Positions 44,820 through 56,368 of a stretch of 64,000 nt of DNA are shown piece by piece (positions within the stretch are counted from its first letter, which is position 1; every line of letters starts with the position of its first letter). The position numbers were made by a program, and so were the translations under genes. Source of the stretch: Cyanophora paradoxa CCMP329. Taxonomy: Eukaryota > Plantae > Glaucophyta. Where the stretch lies: positions 119,844 to 183,843 of the forward strand of contig QPMI01000531.1 in the NCBI GenBank assembly GCA_004431415.1, given 5' to 3'. The notes below the pieces were generated by a model. It saw only the letters and a program-made list of their open reading frames with translations, had not been told where the DNA came from and did no database searches.

Positions 44820-46154
44820 ACCCTCCCGCCCCTCCCGGCCCCGGCCCCCCTCGCCCTCGACCTCTCGAGCCAGGAGTAGCGCTTGCACGAAGTTGCACCG
44901 AGCACAGATCTAGACCATGTGAAGGAAGTTCGGAATTCTTAGATCTTTTCTTTTACTCACTACGGGGGGCGAACCCCACACGTAGGTAGTATCATTAGCG
45001 AAAGAAAGTACAAAAGTAACGCAGAGTGAGTTTACAGAAAGTTTTATTTAAGGCCGACTACGTCAAAGAGGCAGAGGCACAGGTGGAAGGGGGGGTCCGT
45101 TCTGGCGGACGGAACGGAGAGCAGAATCAGTTTTCTGCCTCTGTTCCGACGCGCAGAACGAAAACTTCGGACAGTCCGAAATCGATTAGGGCAGATCACA
45201 GCTAAGTGCCCGAATCTTCTGTTCCGGGGCATCCGAGATCTAGGTTCTGACGTGCCAGGACGGAAGAGCGTCCGAAGAGTGCGGTTCGCTCCGCCAGAAC
45301 TGCCCGCCGGAACCGCGCGCTAGGACCCGGGGAGTTCGGGCAGATGAGGGATGCAGGGCTGCAGGGCCATAGCTAAGCGATCTGCGCTCGGCACACGACG
45401 CCAAACGTTCCGGAACCACTCATTGTACTTGTGAGCACATACTGGACGTACATAGGCTGAAGCTGCGAGCCCCTAGCACCGCGCTCGACCTAGAACCGAC
45501 AGGCCGCGACCTGCCGGCTGGGTGCGGCGGTCTTCTGCGCTCCAAACGTTAGCTATGAGCGATCCGCGATGGTTCCGCGTGCACTGGCCTGCGTTCTTGC
45601 GCCACGAGCAAGGGTGATCCCGCGCCGCTCGCAGGCGTCGCCCGGGGGCACAAGCTGGCTCCAAATGATGATGCTGGAGGTTTGCGCGCTGTCTATGCTA
45701 AGGTGCGACGCGAGACGATGTGCTCTCGTGCATGCTGCAGGATGGTTGGCGAGCACACGTACGGGGGCGGAATCTTCCCCCCCTCTTCCCCCTGAACTGG
45801 CCAAGAAGTCGGACCGGACACCGATGCTCAGCCCCAGCAGCAAGCTAGCAAGTCGTTCGCCTCAGGCCGGGCGGCGGCGAGGCCGAGGCTGGCGGGCGCG
45901 TCACCCGCGGCCGCCTCGCATCGTGTCGCGGTAGACGCCTCGTCGCTGCCGGGAACGCGTGCGCCCCGCCGAGAGCTCCCCGCCGCGCCGGCGTCGTCCA
46001 CGTGCACCTCGTCCACCTCGTCGACCGCGAGGCGAGCGCGTGTGCTTCCCTTCACCCGCCGCGCCCCGCCCACAGCTTACGCGCCCTTTTCAGATCGCCG
46101 ATAAGGCGGAAGAACCTCCTCCCCCGCCCTCCGTCCTCCGCCCTCGGCCTTCGG

Positions 46155-47400
46155 GGCCCGGCGGGGGCGCGGCGGGCGGCGGCGCTTCTCGTCGGGCGGG
46201 GCGGAGGCGCGGCGGGCGGCGGCGTTGCTCACTGGACGGGGCCCGGCGGGTGCGCGGCGGGCGGCGGCGCGGCTGATTGGACGGGGCCCGACGGGGGCGC
46301 GGCGGGCGGCGGCGCGGCTCGTCGGGCGGGGCGGAGGCGCGGCGGGCGGCGGCGCGGCTCGCCGGACGGGGCCCGGCGGGGGCGCGGCGGGCGGCGGCGC
46401 GGCTCGCCGGACGGGGCCCGGCGGGGGCGCGGTGGGCGGCGGCGCGGCTCGCCGGACGGGGCCCGACGGGGGCGCGGCGGGCGGCGGCGCGGCTCGCCGG
46501 ACGGGGCCCGGCGGGGGCGCGGCGGGCGGCGGCGCGGCTCGCCGGACGGGGCCCGGCGGGGGCGCGGCGGGCGGCGGCGCGGCTCGCCGGACGGGGCCCG
46601 GCAGGGGCGCGGCGGGCGGCGGCGCGGCTCGCCGGACGGGCCCGGCGGGGGCGCGGCGGGCGGCGGCGCGGCTCGCCGGACGGGGCCCGGCGGGGCGCGG
46701 CGGGCGGCGGCGCGGCTCGTCGGGCGGGGCCCGGCAGGGGCGCGGCGAGCGACGGCGCGGCTCGCCGGACGGGGCCCGGCGGGGGCGCGGCGGGCGGCGG
46801 CGCGGCTCGTCGGGCGGGGCCCGGCGGGGGCGCGGCGAGCGACGGCGCGGCTCGCCGGACGGGGCCGGCGGCGGCGCGGCGGGCGGCGGCGCGGCTCGTC
46901 GGGCGGGGCCCGGCAGGGGCGCGGCGAGCGACGGCGCGGCTCGCCGGACGGGGCCCGGCGGGGGCGCGGCGGGCGGCGGCGTGGCTCGTCGGCCCGCGGG
47001 CGGGGCGGAGGCGCGGCGGGCAGCAGCGCGGCTCGTCGGGCGGGGCCCGGCAGGGGCGCGGCGGGCGGCGGCGCGGCTCGTCGGGCGGGGCCCGGCAGGG
47101 GCGCGGCGGGCGGCGGCGCGGCTCGTCGGGCGGGGCGGAGGCGCGGCGGGCGGCGGCGCGGCTCGCCGGACGGGGCCCGGCGGGTGCGCGGCGGGTGCGC
47201 AGCGGGCGGCGGCGCGACCCGCCGCACGGGCCCGGCGGGGGCGCGGCGGGCGGCGGCGTGGCTCATTGGACGGGGCGGAGGCTCGGCGGGCAGCGGCGCG
47301 GCGCCGGCTCGCCGGACGGGGACCGGCGCGGCAGAGGCCGGCCCGGCGGGGGCGCGTCGGGCGGTGGCGCGGCTCGCCGGACAGGGGGGGAGCTCGGCGG
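46155..47400. repeat. 45-bp extremely GC-rich minisatellite
   Basis: Unit ggcgggcggcggcgcggctcgccggacggggcccggcgggggcgc with 45-bp period (46360, 46405, 46450...), degenerate at both ends. Confidence 0.92.
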
Positions 47401-49807
47401 GCTCGCCGGCTCCGGGCGGGGCGGGCTCGCCGGCGGGCAGCCATCGGCTCGCGGGGCGCCGGCGCGCGGGCAGCCGTCGGCTCGCGGGGCGCCGGCGCAG
47501 GGGCGGCAGGGGGCGGGTGGCAGGGGGGCGGGCGTTTGAGGGGCCCCACCCCTGCCGGCCCGGCCCGACCGGCGCCTGCTGCCTTGTATAGCATTTGAAG
47601 CACTCAAATAGCTTTCGTTTGTCGCTTTCCCGACCCCAGCAGAGCCTGTGCCGCGCGCCTGGGTGCCGCGCCTTCGCCGGGGCCCCTTGGTTCATGGTCA
47701 CGCCGATCGATCGCGACGACAGAGCGAGCCAGCAGAGCTTCATTTCGATATAATGAGTGAGATTATTAAAGAATTATATCTTAAGAGTGTGTGCACCGAT
47801 TTTCGCGGCAAGCGCGAACGTTCCGGACGATGCACGTTATCATGAGTCTTTAGACCAAAGTACTAGACCTGACTTCTCTAAGTTCATCATCAATTCTATT
47901 TCAACATCGATCAGCGCTGCTCATTGTCCGGAACGTTCGGCGAAGCTTGGTATTTGAATACAAATGAAGTATTTAGACCACGTACATCTTGATCCCAAAG
48001 CGGGAAGTCGCTGGGAGTACTGCGTCTTTGATCATGAGCCAGGCGGGGCATGCTCGAGCCGCAGGCCTCCCGCGCGCGCGCGCGGGCCCGGCCCACTACG
48101 CTTGAGTGAAAAACCGGTGCTAGTGCGGGTTTACCTTCCGTCTGAGGCCTGAGAAAGGCCCGCGGCCCGACCGCCGCGGCGGTACGCCGTGATAACCGGA
48201 GGGCACCTAGGCGTACTAGTACTTCGCCGCGTGCCGCGGGTGGAGCTCTGAGCGGGGCGCGTCCTGAGGGCGCACATACGTCCTAAAGAAGGAAAACATG
48301 CGACTGCACGCGGCTAGAGCCTCGGGGAAGCCCAGCAGCTAAAGTCGCCTCGGCCGGGCCGGCGCCGCGGCGCGCGCGGCAGCACGCTGCGGCAGTGCGG
48401 CAGCACGCTGCGGCAGCGCGGCAGCGCGAGACTAGTACAGTACTGGGGTGCTTTCCGCTGCGGACCGCTGGCCAGGGGTATGGGGACCCTGGGGGGTACA
48501 AGACTGAAGCAGCAAACTGCCACCTGCGAGCGAGCGAGCCAGCGCGCCGCGCGCTAATCAGCGGCTATCCGCGGCCTCTAGAGCGTAGAGACAACTCGTT
48601 GGCATGGCGGGCGCTCCGATCGGCGCTGTTTCCGCGAGGTCACCGACCTCCAGGTTCGCACGCCTCGGTGCCGCAAGACCTTCCGTCTAGAGTACGCATG
48701 AGAGCTCTCATTCACGTTCTGCGCACCAGTTCTGTTCTCCGGGGAAGCCAGCAGAAGATCCTACGCACTTGGCTCTTCCACACTAAGGCATGAAGCAGTG
48801 CGCCCAGAGTTGTTTTAACACGCTAGTTGCGCTTCTGCAACGTCAAAGCATCGATCTGGAGCTTCGCTGCGCCTGGATCGTTGTGCCGGCTGACTTGCGC
48901 TTGGCTGCTCGTCAGACTTCTCGAGAAGGCTTCTCGTCAGGTGAAGGCGGCCCGGAAGCAGCCGCGGCGCTCTTCATGCTTGCTATGAGCTTCTCGCTCC
49001 TCGGCGCTACGCCCCGCGCTTTGCCTCGACCTCTCGCAGCCGAGCGCTGGGCTACTGGCTGCCCAATTCAGTACTAACTCGTCTCTCGAAGCTGCGGCTC
49101 GTCGCCTCACGTTCACGATCTACTTCACCGGTGCGCACTCCTCGCTCAAGCCCGCCCTCTCATGCTGCCACCGCTGCTCTCCCCGCCTTAGCTGACTTGC
49201 GGCGTGCGCAGGATGTCCGGATCGCGGAGCCTGCACGGCGAAAGCGTCCGAGAAGCGACGGCGGCCCTTTGCCCGCTTGGTGCGCGCCTCGCCGCCCTTC
49301 AGCGCCGCGCGCCGCGCGACGGGGGGAGCGCAGGAGCCCCGAATCCCGGCGCCTGCGCGGCGGAGGCGGCCGTGAGGCTGCGGCGGCCCTCCCTTCGCTT
49401 GGTGCGCGCCTCGCAGCCCTTCAGCGCCCTCCCCCTCCCCTCTAAAGCTAGACGCCAAGTGACGCCCGCTAGAGCTAGATGGCGGGGCTGCAGCCCCGGC
49501 GACGGCCCTCAGGTGCCGCCGCTGGTGCCTTGTCCCGCTGTCTTCTAGCCGCCCTATATATGTGGGCCTTTGTGAAGCGTTGAGCTCTCGAGCTTGCCCC
49601 TTCGCTGTCAATGCATTGTTAACCCTCGGAGGTTGCATGAGTCACGCGTCGCGGAGGTTTGGGTGTTATATTGCGATCAGGTACACGCTGCACTAACAGG
49701 GGGGCTAGCACTAACCGACGCGGGGAGTAACAGCCGGTGTACCCCTCGGGGGGCCTCCCGGCCTCTAACGATGCTCAGGCTCTAACTGAATGCTGTACCC
49801 CCCGCTG

Positions 49808-50546
49808 TTACTGCCCGAACCTTCCGAACTTGCGTAATTCGGCCTCGCCCTGTACCCAGTGGCTGGTGTCGTCCATCCATTCGCGTACCTCCCTCTGACG
49901 CTTGAGTGACTCACGCTGCTCGGGGGTAGGGGAGGGGGGCCTTCGAGGCGGGGTGGGGAAGGGGGTACGGTGGCAAAATTCAGCCACTCGGGGGTATGCC
50001 GAATTCGCCGTGAACGATCCTCTGCGGTGTGAAATACCGGTCGCTGCTCACGGCCAAGTGGAAGAACGCGCTCCTGAGCCCGGAGAGGAAGCGTGGTTGC
50101 ATGAATGGCTGCTGGAGGGACTCGTCGCGCCAGGGGGCTACGAAATCAATGATACGCTGCTGTACCTGCGCGGGCAGGGCAAGGATCTGGCTCTTGCGGT
50201 TCGCAAAGGCCGTCCACAGCGCTTGCAGGTCGGCCCAATCGCCGTTCAGATCCCTGCGTTCGCGCCTCAGGTACGATCTCGGGTTCTCTGTCATACCCAT
50301 CAAGCCCGCGGCCCTGATCATCTCCCTGTCCGGGAGCTCTCGCTCGTCGTGGAATTCGTCTCTAATCCAGCGCACAAGGTAGAGCACGCGCTCCATGAAG
50401 TTCTCCGCCGGCGAGCCGCCCCCTGAGGACGTGCGCCTCCCCTCCAGCACTGCGTTCGCATCCTCCAAGTCCACGTTCCGCTGTCGAATCTCCCCGTCCA
50501 GGTCGCCGTTGTTGTACAGCACGTCGGACTCGCGTGTTCGCGCCAT
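49808..50546 (-). CDS. Hypothetical protein, paralog of 50613-51274 (frameshifted near the 3' end)
   Basis: ORF 49980-50546 continues in another frame to ...REVREWMDDTSHWVQG..GQ*. Confidence 0.6.
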
Positions 50547-50612
50547 GCTCGCGGCTCGGTGAGAATTTATACCTGTACCCCTACTCGCGGTCGGGGTACC
50601 TGTCGCCGGGCA

Positions 50613-51274
50613 TCAGCCTCGCGCGCTTCCGCATCTCCGCCTCCCGGGTAGCCAGTTCTTCGGGTCGTTGCTCCACTCCTCCCATTCGCGTATGTCCCGT
50701 CTGACGTCACGCGGGGCGGGGGCGTTTATCGGTGGGCGGGCGGGGCTGGCAGGGCCTGGCGCGGGGGTTGAGGCCCTGTTCCACGAGTACTCGGGGTACT
50801 CTTCCCATCCCAGGGGTACCAGATTCATCGGAATTGGCTCAACTTCGAATTGGGGCTTTTTGACGTGATAATCATAGTTTGTGACATACGCCGTCACAGC
50901 CGAGCGCAAGCGCGAGAGGTCGCGCAAATTTACGTCGTCCCATTGCGAGTCCCTTGCCTTCGCGTACCACTCGAGGATTTGCATGCGAATGTGGTCCGGG
51001 AGGGTCGAGAGTATGCTGAGCTTGGAGCCCAGGGCGAACCAGATGCGCTTGAACTCGTCGATAATCCTGCCCTCGTCGTGGCTCCGAACGTAAAGGGCCC
51101 GCCAGAGTTGTAATGCGTGTCTAGCCACCCTGCCCGGGCCAGCTCTAGCACCGGCCAGGGTTGGCGCTGTCGATTCGGTCGCGAGGCCTGCTCTACCACC
51201 CAGCGTCTAAGGTCCTTGACCTGATCTATGAACTGTGCGATCACGTCCCTGGGCGCTTCCTCTGCATCCGACAT
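50613..51274 (-). CDS. Hypothetical protein, paralog of 49808-50546 (frameshifted)
   Basis: MSDAEEAPRDVIAQF.. joined to ORF 50613-51128. Confidence 0.6.
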
Positions 51275-51324
51275 TTGCAATTGCACACATCAAGAAATTC
51301 TAAACGCTACTGCGAGGCTACGCT

Positions 51325-52014
51325 ATGCATACCGATACAAATTGCGAGACTTTGCAACAGGGGAGCGCAGCGTGGCACGCGGCGCGCCGTGAAAAACTAA
51401 CTGCATCTAATTTTGCGGCTGCGTGCGGCATAAACCCCTGGAAATCCAGGGCCCGCCTGTGGGCGGAGCTAAGCGGGATAGCGGAGGAAAACAACTTTGA
51501 CAACCCTGCCCTAACCTATGGGCATGACTATGAGCCCCTCGCGGTCTCTATCTACAAGGCACTGAACGATAACGTTGACATTAAACATACTGGACTGCAC
51601 GAACATAAAGAAATGCCGTTCCTCGCCGGTAGCCCCGACGGACTTATAGGAAATGATAGAATTTTAGAGGTGAAATGCCCGTACAAGGGCGAACTTTATG
51701 ATAGAGTTCCTACTTATTACATGCCGCAGTTACAAGGACTTCTGGACATAACGGGCCGCGAGTGGGCCGAACTTTTTTGCTTCACTCCTCTGCGCGTGCA
51801 AACGTGGTACGTCAGGCGCGACGAGAGGTACATCGAGCTCATGAGGAAGTGCTTACATCTATTTTGGATGCACGTCAAGGAGGGCACGCCGCCCGAGCCC
51901 TACAGCGATCGAATGAAGTTAGAGAACCTCAGCGAGGAGCAGGCGGCGCTGCGCGAGTTTAAGTCGTACGCCCTCCTCTCAGAGTCTAGGCAGACTACTT
52001 CTGTCCCAGGCTAG
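51325..52014 (+). CDS. YqaJ/lambda-exonuclease-like viral recombinase nuclease
   Basis: QGSAAWHAARR..LTASNF, YGHDYEPLA, FLAGSPDG, LEVKCP, YYMPQLQGLL; intact and intronless. Confidence 0.95.
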   Translation: MHTDTNCETLQQGSAAWHAARREKLTASNFAAACGINPWKSRARLWAELSGIAEENNFDNPALTYGHDYEPLAVSIYKALNDNVDIKHTGLHEHKEMPFLAGSPDGLIGNDRILEVKCPYKGELYDRVPTYYMPQLQGLLDITGREWAELFCFTPLRVQTWYVRRDERYIELMRKCLHLFWMHVKEGTPPEPYSDRMKLENLSEEQAALREFKSYALLSESRQTTSVPG

Positions 52015-52523
52015 GTCTTTGGAATCTTAATATAAATTTTCCGGGGACCCGGGACAGGCCTTGTCGGACATGGCAATGTCAGAACCTTCCCGATCATCTA
52101 GATCTATAATGATTCTAGGGAGGGTCCAGACACATCTCTTGTGCGGACCACTTCTGTCCCAGGTCTTTGGAATCTTAATATAAATTTTCCAGGGACCCGG
52201 GACAGGCCTCGTCGAACAAACCTCTTCATGGGCCAAGATTTCGTGCATGCATCGGCCGCAGCTCATGCGAAAAATCATGTCTGATCCGATCCTGATCATG
52301 ACGTCCTGCAAATTGAAGAATCGTCTGACCGGGAGTGTCCCGGGTCCCTGGAAATTTTATATTAAGATTCCAGAGACCCGGGACAGATCTACCTAGAGGG
52401 AACATCCAAAATGCTGTACCCCTCCCACCCCGTGATCTTTCGAATTCAATCTGATGGGCCGACCTGAGTGACGGTGTCCTGGGTCCCGGAAAGTTTATAT
52501 TAAGATTCCAAGGACCTGGGACA
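52002..52523. repeat. Four copies of a 50-bp palindrome with AT-rich spacer (two forward, two reverse)
   Basis: TGTCCCAGGTCTTTGGAA-TCTTAATATAAATT-TTCCAGGGACCCGGGACA at 52002, 52155, 52336 (rc), 52475 (rc). Confidence 0.93.
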
Positions 52524-52589
52524 AGAGCAATGCATTTTCGCACGACGTTGACATAGCCTGATCACGAGAGAAAAATGTACCCCGATCTA

Positions 52590-55500
52590 TCAAATCCGCC
52601 GATGGAGCAGCGAGTAGCAGTCGCAGAACAGATCTTTCACCTCCAAGTAATCCGGCCCCACGCCAGCCCAGCGCTGCCTTGCTTGGCGCTCTGCAACATC
52701 TTCGAGAGTGTCTTCCTTGACCCACGTGATGCACTTGCGCTTGCGAGAGCCGGCGCCCTCCTGCCCTTCTCGGGTCCGTTTTTCCCCGGACCGGGCCCGT
52801 CTCACCCCCATGTACTTTTCGAGCAGGTACTGAATCACCCGCCACGACTGCTGCGCAAGCTTGGCCTTCTCATTGTCCGATGCATCGAGTTTAGGGGCCC
52901 GCTCGTCCAGACTCTGCAGCACCGCGTAAGCCTCCCGGCCCTCCGGTGATGCGAGCGCCGCGTAGGCTTCGTCCGACCAAAGCATACAGCTGTCGCCGGC
53001 CAGCTTCTCGTACCCCGGCCCAAAAAGTCGCTTGAAAAGCTCCGCAACCTTCGAGACCCTGTGGTACTCAGTAGACGAGGCGATCTCGGCCATGTCGCCG
53101 CCGCGCTTCAGCACAAGGATGATCCGCGACATCAGCGGGATCGAGTAGAATGACTTCCACAGCCAGGCCACGTCGCTCTCGGTCAGCGCGCTTGCGTCCT
53201 TGGCCAGGAACGCAGCGGTCGCTAGGCGCGCGAGTGCAGCAACCTTCTCCACGTCGACCTTAGCAAGCGAATCGCGCGAATGCCACCAGGAGTCCAGCAG
53301 CATGTACAGTTCGGTGATGTCCAGGGGCGGAGACTCGAGTACGTACTTGATCTCGCGCTGCCGCTGCTCCTTCTCCTCTTTCGGCCCTTGTTTCCCTGAT
53401 CCTCCGTGACCCGCACGTTCATCACGGCGCAGGTCGACAGCAGCCGCAGCCGCGCGGCCACGGCGAGGCGCCGCGTCGGCATGCCGGCCCGCCGACTCCC
53501 GTGATGGCTCGCCTTCAAGTCCAGATAGCGCTGCGTGTCTGCAGTGCTAGCTCTCTCATCATCGCTCTCACGCCAGTGCGCGGTCGCCTCGCCCACGCTG
53601 ACGGAGGGCGCGGACGCGCGGCTCTTGCGCACGGCGACGAGCAGGTGCTCTCCGCCGGGCGGCTCGCCGCGCCTGCGCAGCTTTCTCACTCGGAACAGCA
53701 GCTGCACGATGTCGTCGGCCTCTAGCTGCGCGGGTTCGGCCTGGAAAACGCCGTAGATCTTGTCAAAGTGCGCTTCCGGAAAGTCCACGCCGCCCCGAGC
53801 GCGGACGTCGCGATGAGCACGTCGCAGGCCTTGTACGCGCCCTCCTCCGAGACGTCGATCGACACTACGCGGACCGGGCCCTCGTTCGTGAAGCGCACGC
53901 TCTTCTCCTTCGCCTGCCCAACGATGAGCCCAATTGTGAACGGTGCGCCGCTGCCGTCCTCGGGCCCTGCCTCGAGCTGAGTCACGTACTGAGCGCCGCC
54001 AGGCTGAGCTGCTCCAGCGCCTGCTTCGAAATCTTGTCTGCTAGCTCATTCGCCTTGGCCGGCGTCTCCGCGATGATCATGGCCCGCGAGCGCCCAGGTC
54101 GGCACTGCACCATGATGTCCTTCTCGACGTGCGCCGGGCTGTCTGACACGCGCATCTTCCAGTCGCAGGTCCGGCGCGAGTTGTGCAGGAGCCCAAGGCG
54201 CGCCCCGCGCTCCAGCGCGGACTCCGCGAGGTACGCGAGATCGACCGGCCGGACGAAGCCGTCCATCGCCACGATGCGCGAGGCCTTCATCACGTTTCGC
54301 ATTAGCTGCACGCAGCGCGCGTTTCGGGGCATTGACCGCACGCCCATGTGCAGGCCGGCGGGTTCGAGGGTGCCGCTCGAAGTGAGGTGCTTCGTGAGGG
54401 AGGAGAGCTCGTCCAGCACGATCATCAGCGGCGCAGTCGACCAGCCCGCCCAGTCCTCAAGTACCTTGTGCAGCGAGTCGATCGTGATGACGACGCACCT
54501 GCACTTCGGATGGCGGTAGCCCCACTTGCCGTGCGTCCCATTTGAGCTCTCCGGCGGCTTCTGAATGTCCATGTACAGCACGGCGTCCTCAGGCAGGCCC
54601 ACGTCATCCAGGCGGCGCTTCAGGTCGCGGGAGAAGGCGCGGCGGCAGGTCAAGAGGATCACGCGCCAGCCCCCCTCGAGGGCTGGCTTCAGGTACGTCT
54701 CGATGAGGGCCTGCGTCTTCCCCGTGTTGAGGCCCGAGCAGATGACGTCGACCTGGGCGGCCCCCGGCTCCAGCGGACCGAACGTGGAGGTGAGCAGCCC
54801 TGGATCGCGCGTCAGGTAGTCCGTATCCACGACCTTCACGCAGTGCGGTGTCAGGCCCGTCGATTCGAGTGCGATCAGGAGCGACGGGAGGGCCACGTCG
54901 AGCGCCACGGGCTGGGACGGGTCCGTCACGTAAGACGCCGCCGTCTCGCTGCAGCTCCCGTCTCCAGCTCCCCCTCCTGCTCCACCTCGACACCGTGCGC
55001 CCGAATCGCGATTCTGAGGGCCGGCGATCCTGGCTGATCGCTCATCTTCAGGGTGATTGTTCCGTCGGGCTCGACTGCAATGTCTTGAACGCGGCGGGGG
55101 TCATTCAGGCTGATCTCAGTGCGCAACGCCGCCCCCGCCCGCCAGATCTCGTCCTCACCAGCTTGTTCTCGCGCAGGAGGCTCAGGAACCGATCGAAGTC
55201 CGGGAGCGGAGCCTGGGCGTCGCCCGTCAAGCTCAGCGGGGGTGGGGCGGCTCCTTGCGGGGAGGAGCTCCTGGCGCCGCAGTCCCGAGCAAGCCCCCGA
55301 GCTGCGGCGCCCTGCGGCCCCTGCGCCACCCCCTGCGCCGATCCCTGCGTCGGCCCTGCAGGACGTAGGCTCCTGTGTCGTCCCCCCCGAGCTCCAGGCC
55401 GCTAGATGTCCCCAGCAGCCAGGTCGCAAAGGCGCAGGCCTCCGGGCTCTGCAGGACGTAGGCAGCCTTGAGCCCGTTGTGCGATGTTCGAGAGAAAGTG

Positions 55501-55754
55501 AGGCCTCCGAAGCTCTCCGCGCATGCACGGGCGGCCGCGGTGCTCGTCTCGTCTTCCGCGTCGGAGAAGTGCTTGGACATGATGTGCGGCGGGTGAAAGA
55601 TACAGAAGACCATTCCGAGATCAGCGCTGCAGACCTTCTGGACGCAGACGAGGGGGAAGCGAGTGAAGAAAAGCTCTTCTTGCGGGCTCAGGTCCACGGG
55701 AGTTACCCCCGGCAGACGGGAGAGTAGACTGTCGGAGCACGTCGAGGTGGCCAT
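52590..55754 (-). CDS. Replication origin-binding protein-like SF2 helicase (UL9/OBP family), ~1050 aa across several frameshifts
   Basis: ICSGLNTGKT, LLTCRRAFS, TIDSLHK, IVLDELSS, AMDG, VLIATSALGAG(V)DFPEAHFD, QLLFRVR. Confidence 0.88.
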
Positions 55755-55933
55755 GCTCTCGGGTTAGGCCTGCTGTTTCGTGTTAGGCTTGGAAAATTTT
55801 CAGTGGCACCGGCCGGAAACTGCACACCTTGAGAACTCGAACTCGAACTCCAAGGCTCGGTGAATTGGCGCTAGCTGCACTGTCGACGTCGACTGTCGGA
55901 CCGTCGACGTCGGACTTCGGATGTCTCGTCTTC

Positions 55934-55983
55934 TGTCCCAGGTCTTTGGAATCTTAATATAAATTTTCCAGGGACCCGGGACA
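55934..55983. repeat. Fifth copy of the 50-bp palindrome, upstream of the helicase
   Basis: Identical to 52155-52204. Confidence 0.93.
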
Positions 55984-56368
55984 CTCTGGTCTGACGACGC
56001 TGCAGCTCGAAGCGCTCAACTGGGTCCGGTTGACGGCACACAGGCTATCAGGGTGCCAGGCCTAGCCTAGTACGTAGGCTGACCGTCGGACCAGTACTGG
56101 CGGTTCAGTTGAAGCCGAGTACTACTAGCGCTAGCTATAGCGCCAGCGCTAGCTGTAGGCTAGTACTAGTACTAGATCGAGAGACGGTACGGCGCGCCAC
56201 AGCTAGCGAGCTCGCGCTCGCTCGCCTTTGCGCTGAAGCTTAGAAAATTTTGGGCTCACGCGGTCGTTCCACGTGTTCTGTCCGGACAACCTGTACCCCA
56301 GCTGTCCAGCCAAGTAGTCAGAGCTCTCCAATCCTGCGGCGCTTGGGCCCGTGCTTCTCAGAGCACTT

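Noticed and set aside
45090-45305. Imperfect inverted repeat (GTTCTGGCGGA...TCCGCCAGAAC); a similar case at 47815-47939
   Set aside because: Probably decayed MITEs, but ends and TSDs could not be fixed
1-47600. Hundreds of long Arg/Pro/Gly/Ala-rich ORFs in the six-frame track
   Set aside because: Expected from very high GC content and read-through of GC-rich introns or repeats; no domain motifs
48590-49560. Possible degraded minus-strand gene
   Set aside because: Multiple stops in all frames and no recognisable motif
48300-49808. Left terminus (TIR/TSD) of the viral element
   Set aside because: No terminal repeat can be verified without the other end
52002-52523. CRISPR-like array
   Set aside because: Repeats are in mixed orientation with irregular 90-130 bp gaps, no cas genes, eukaryotic context
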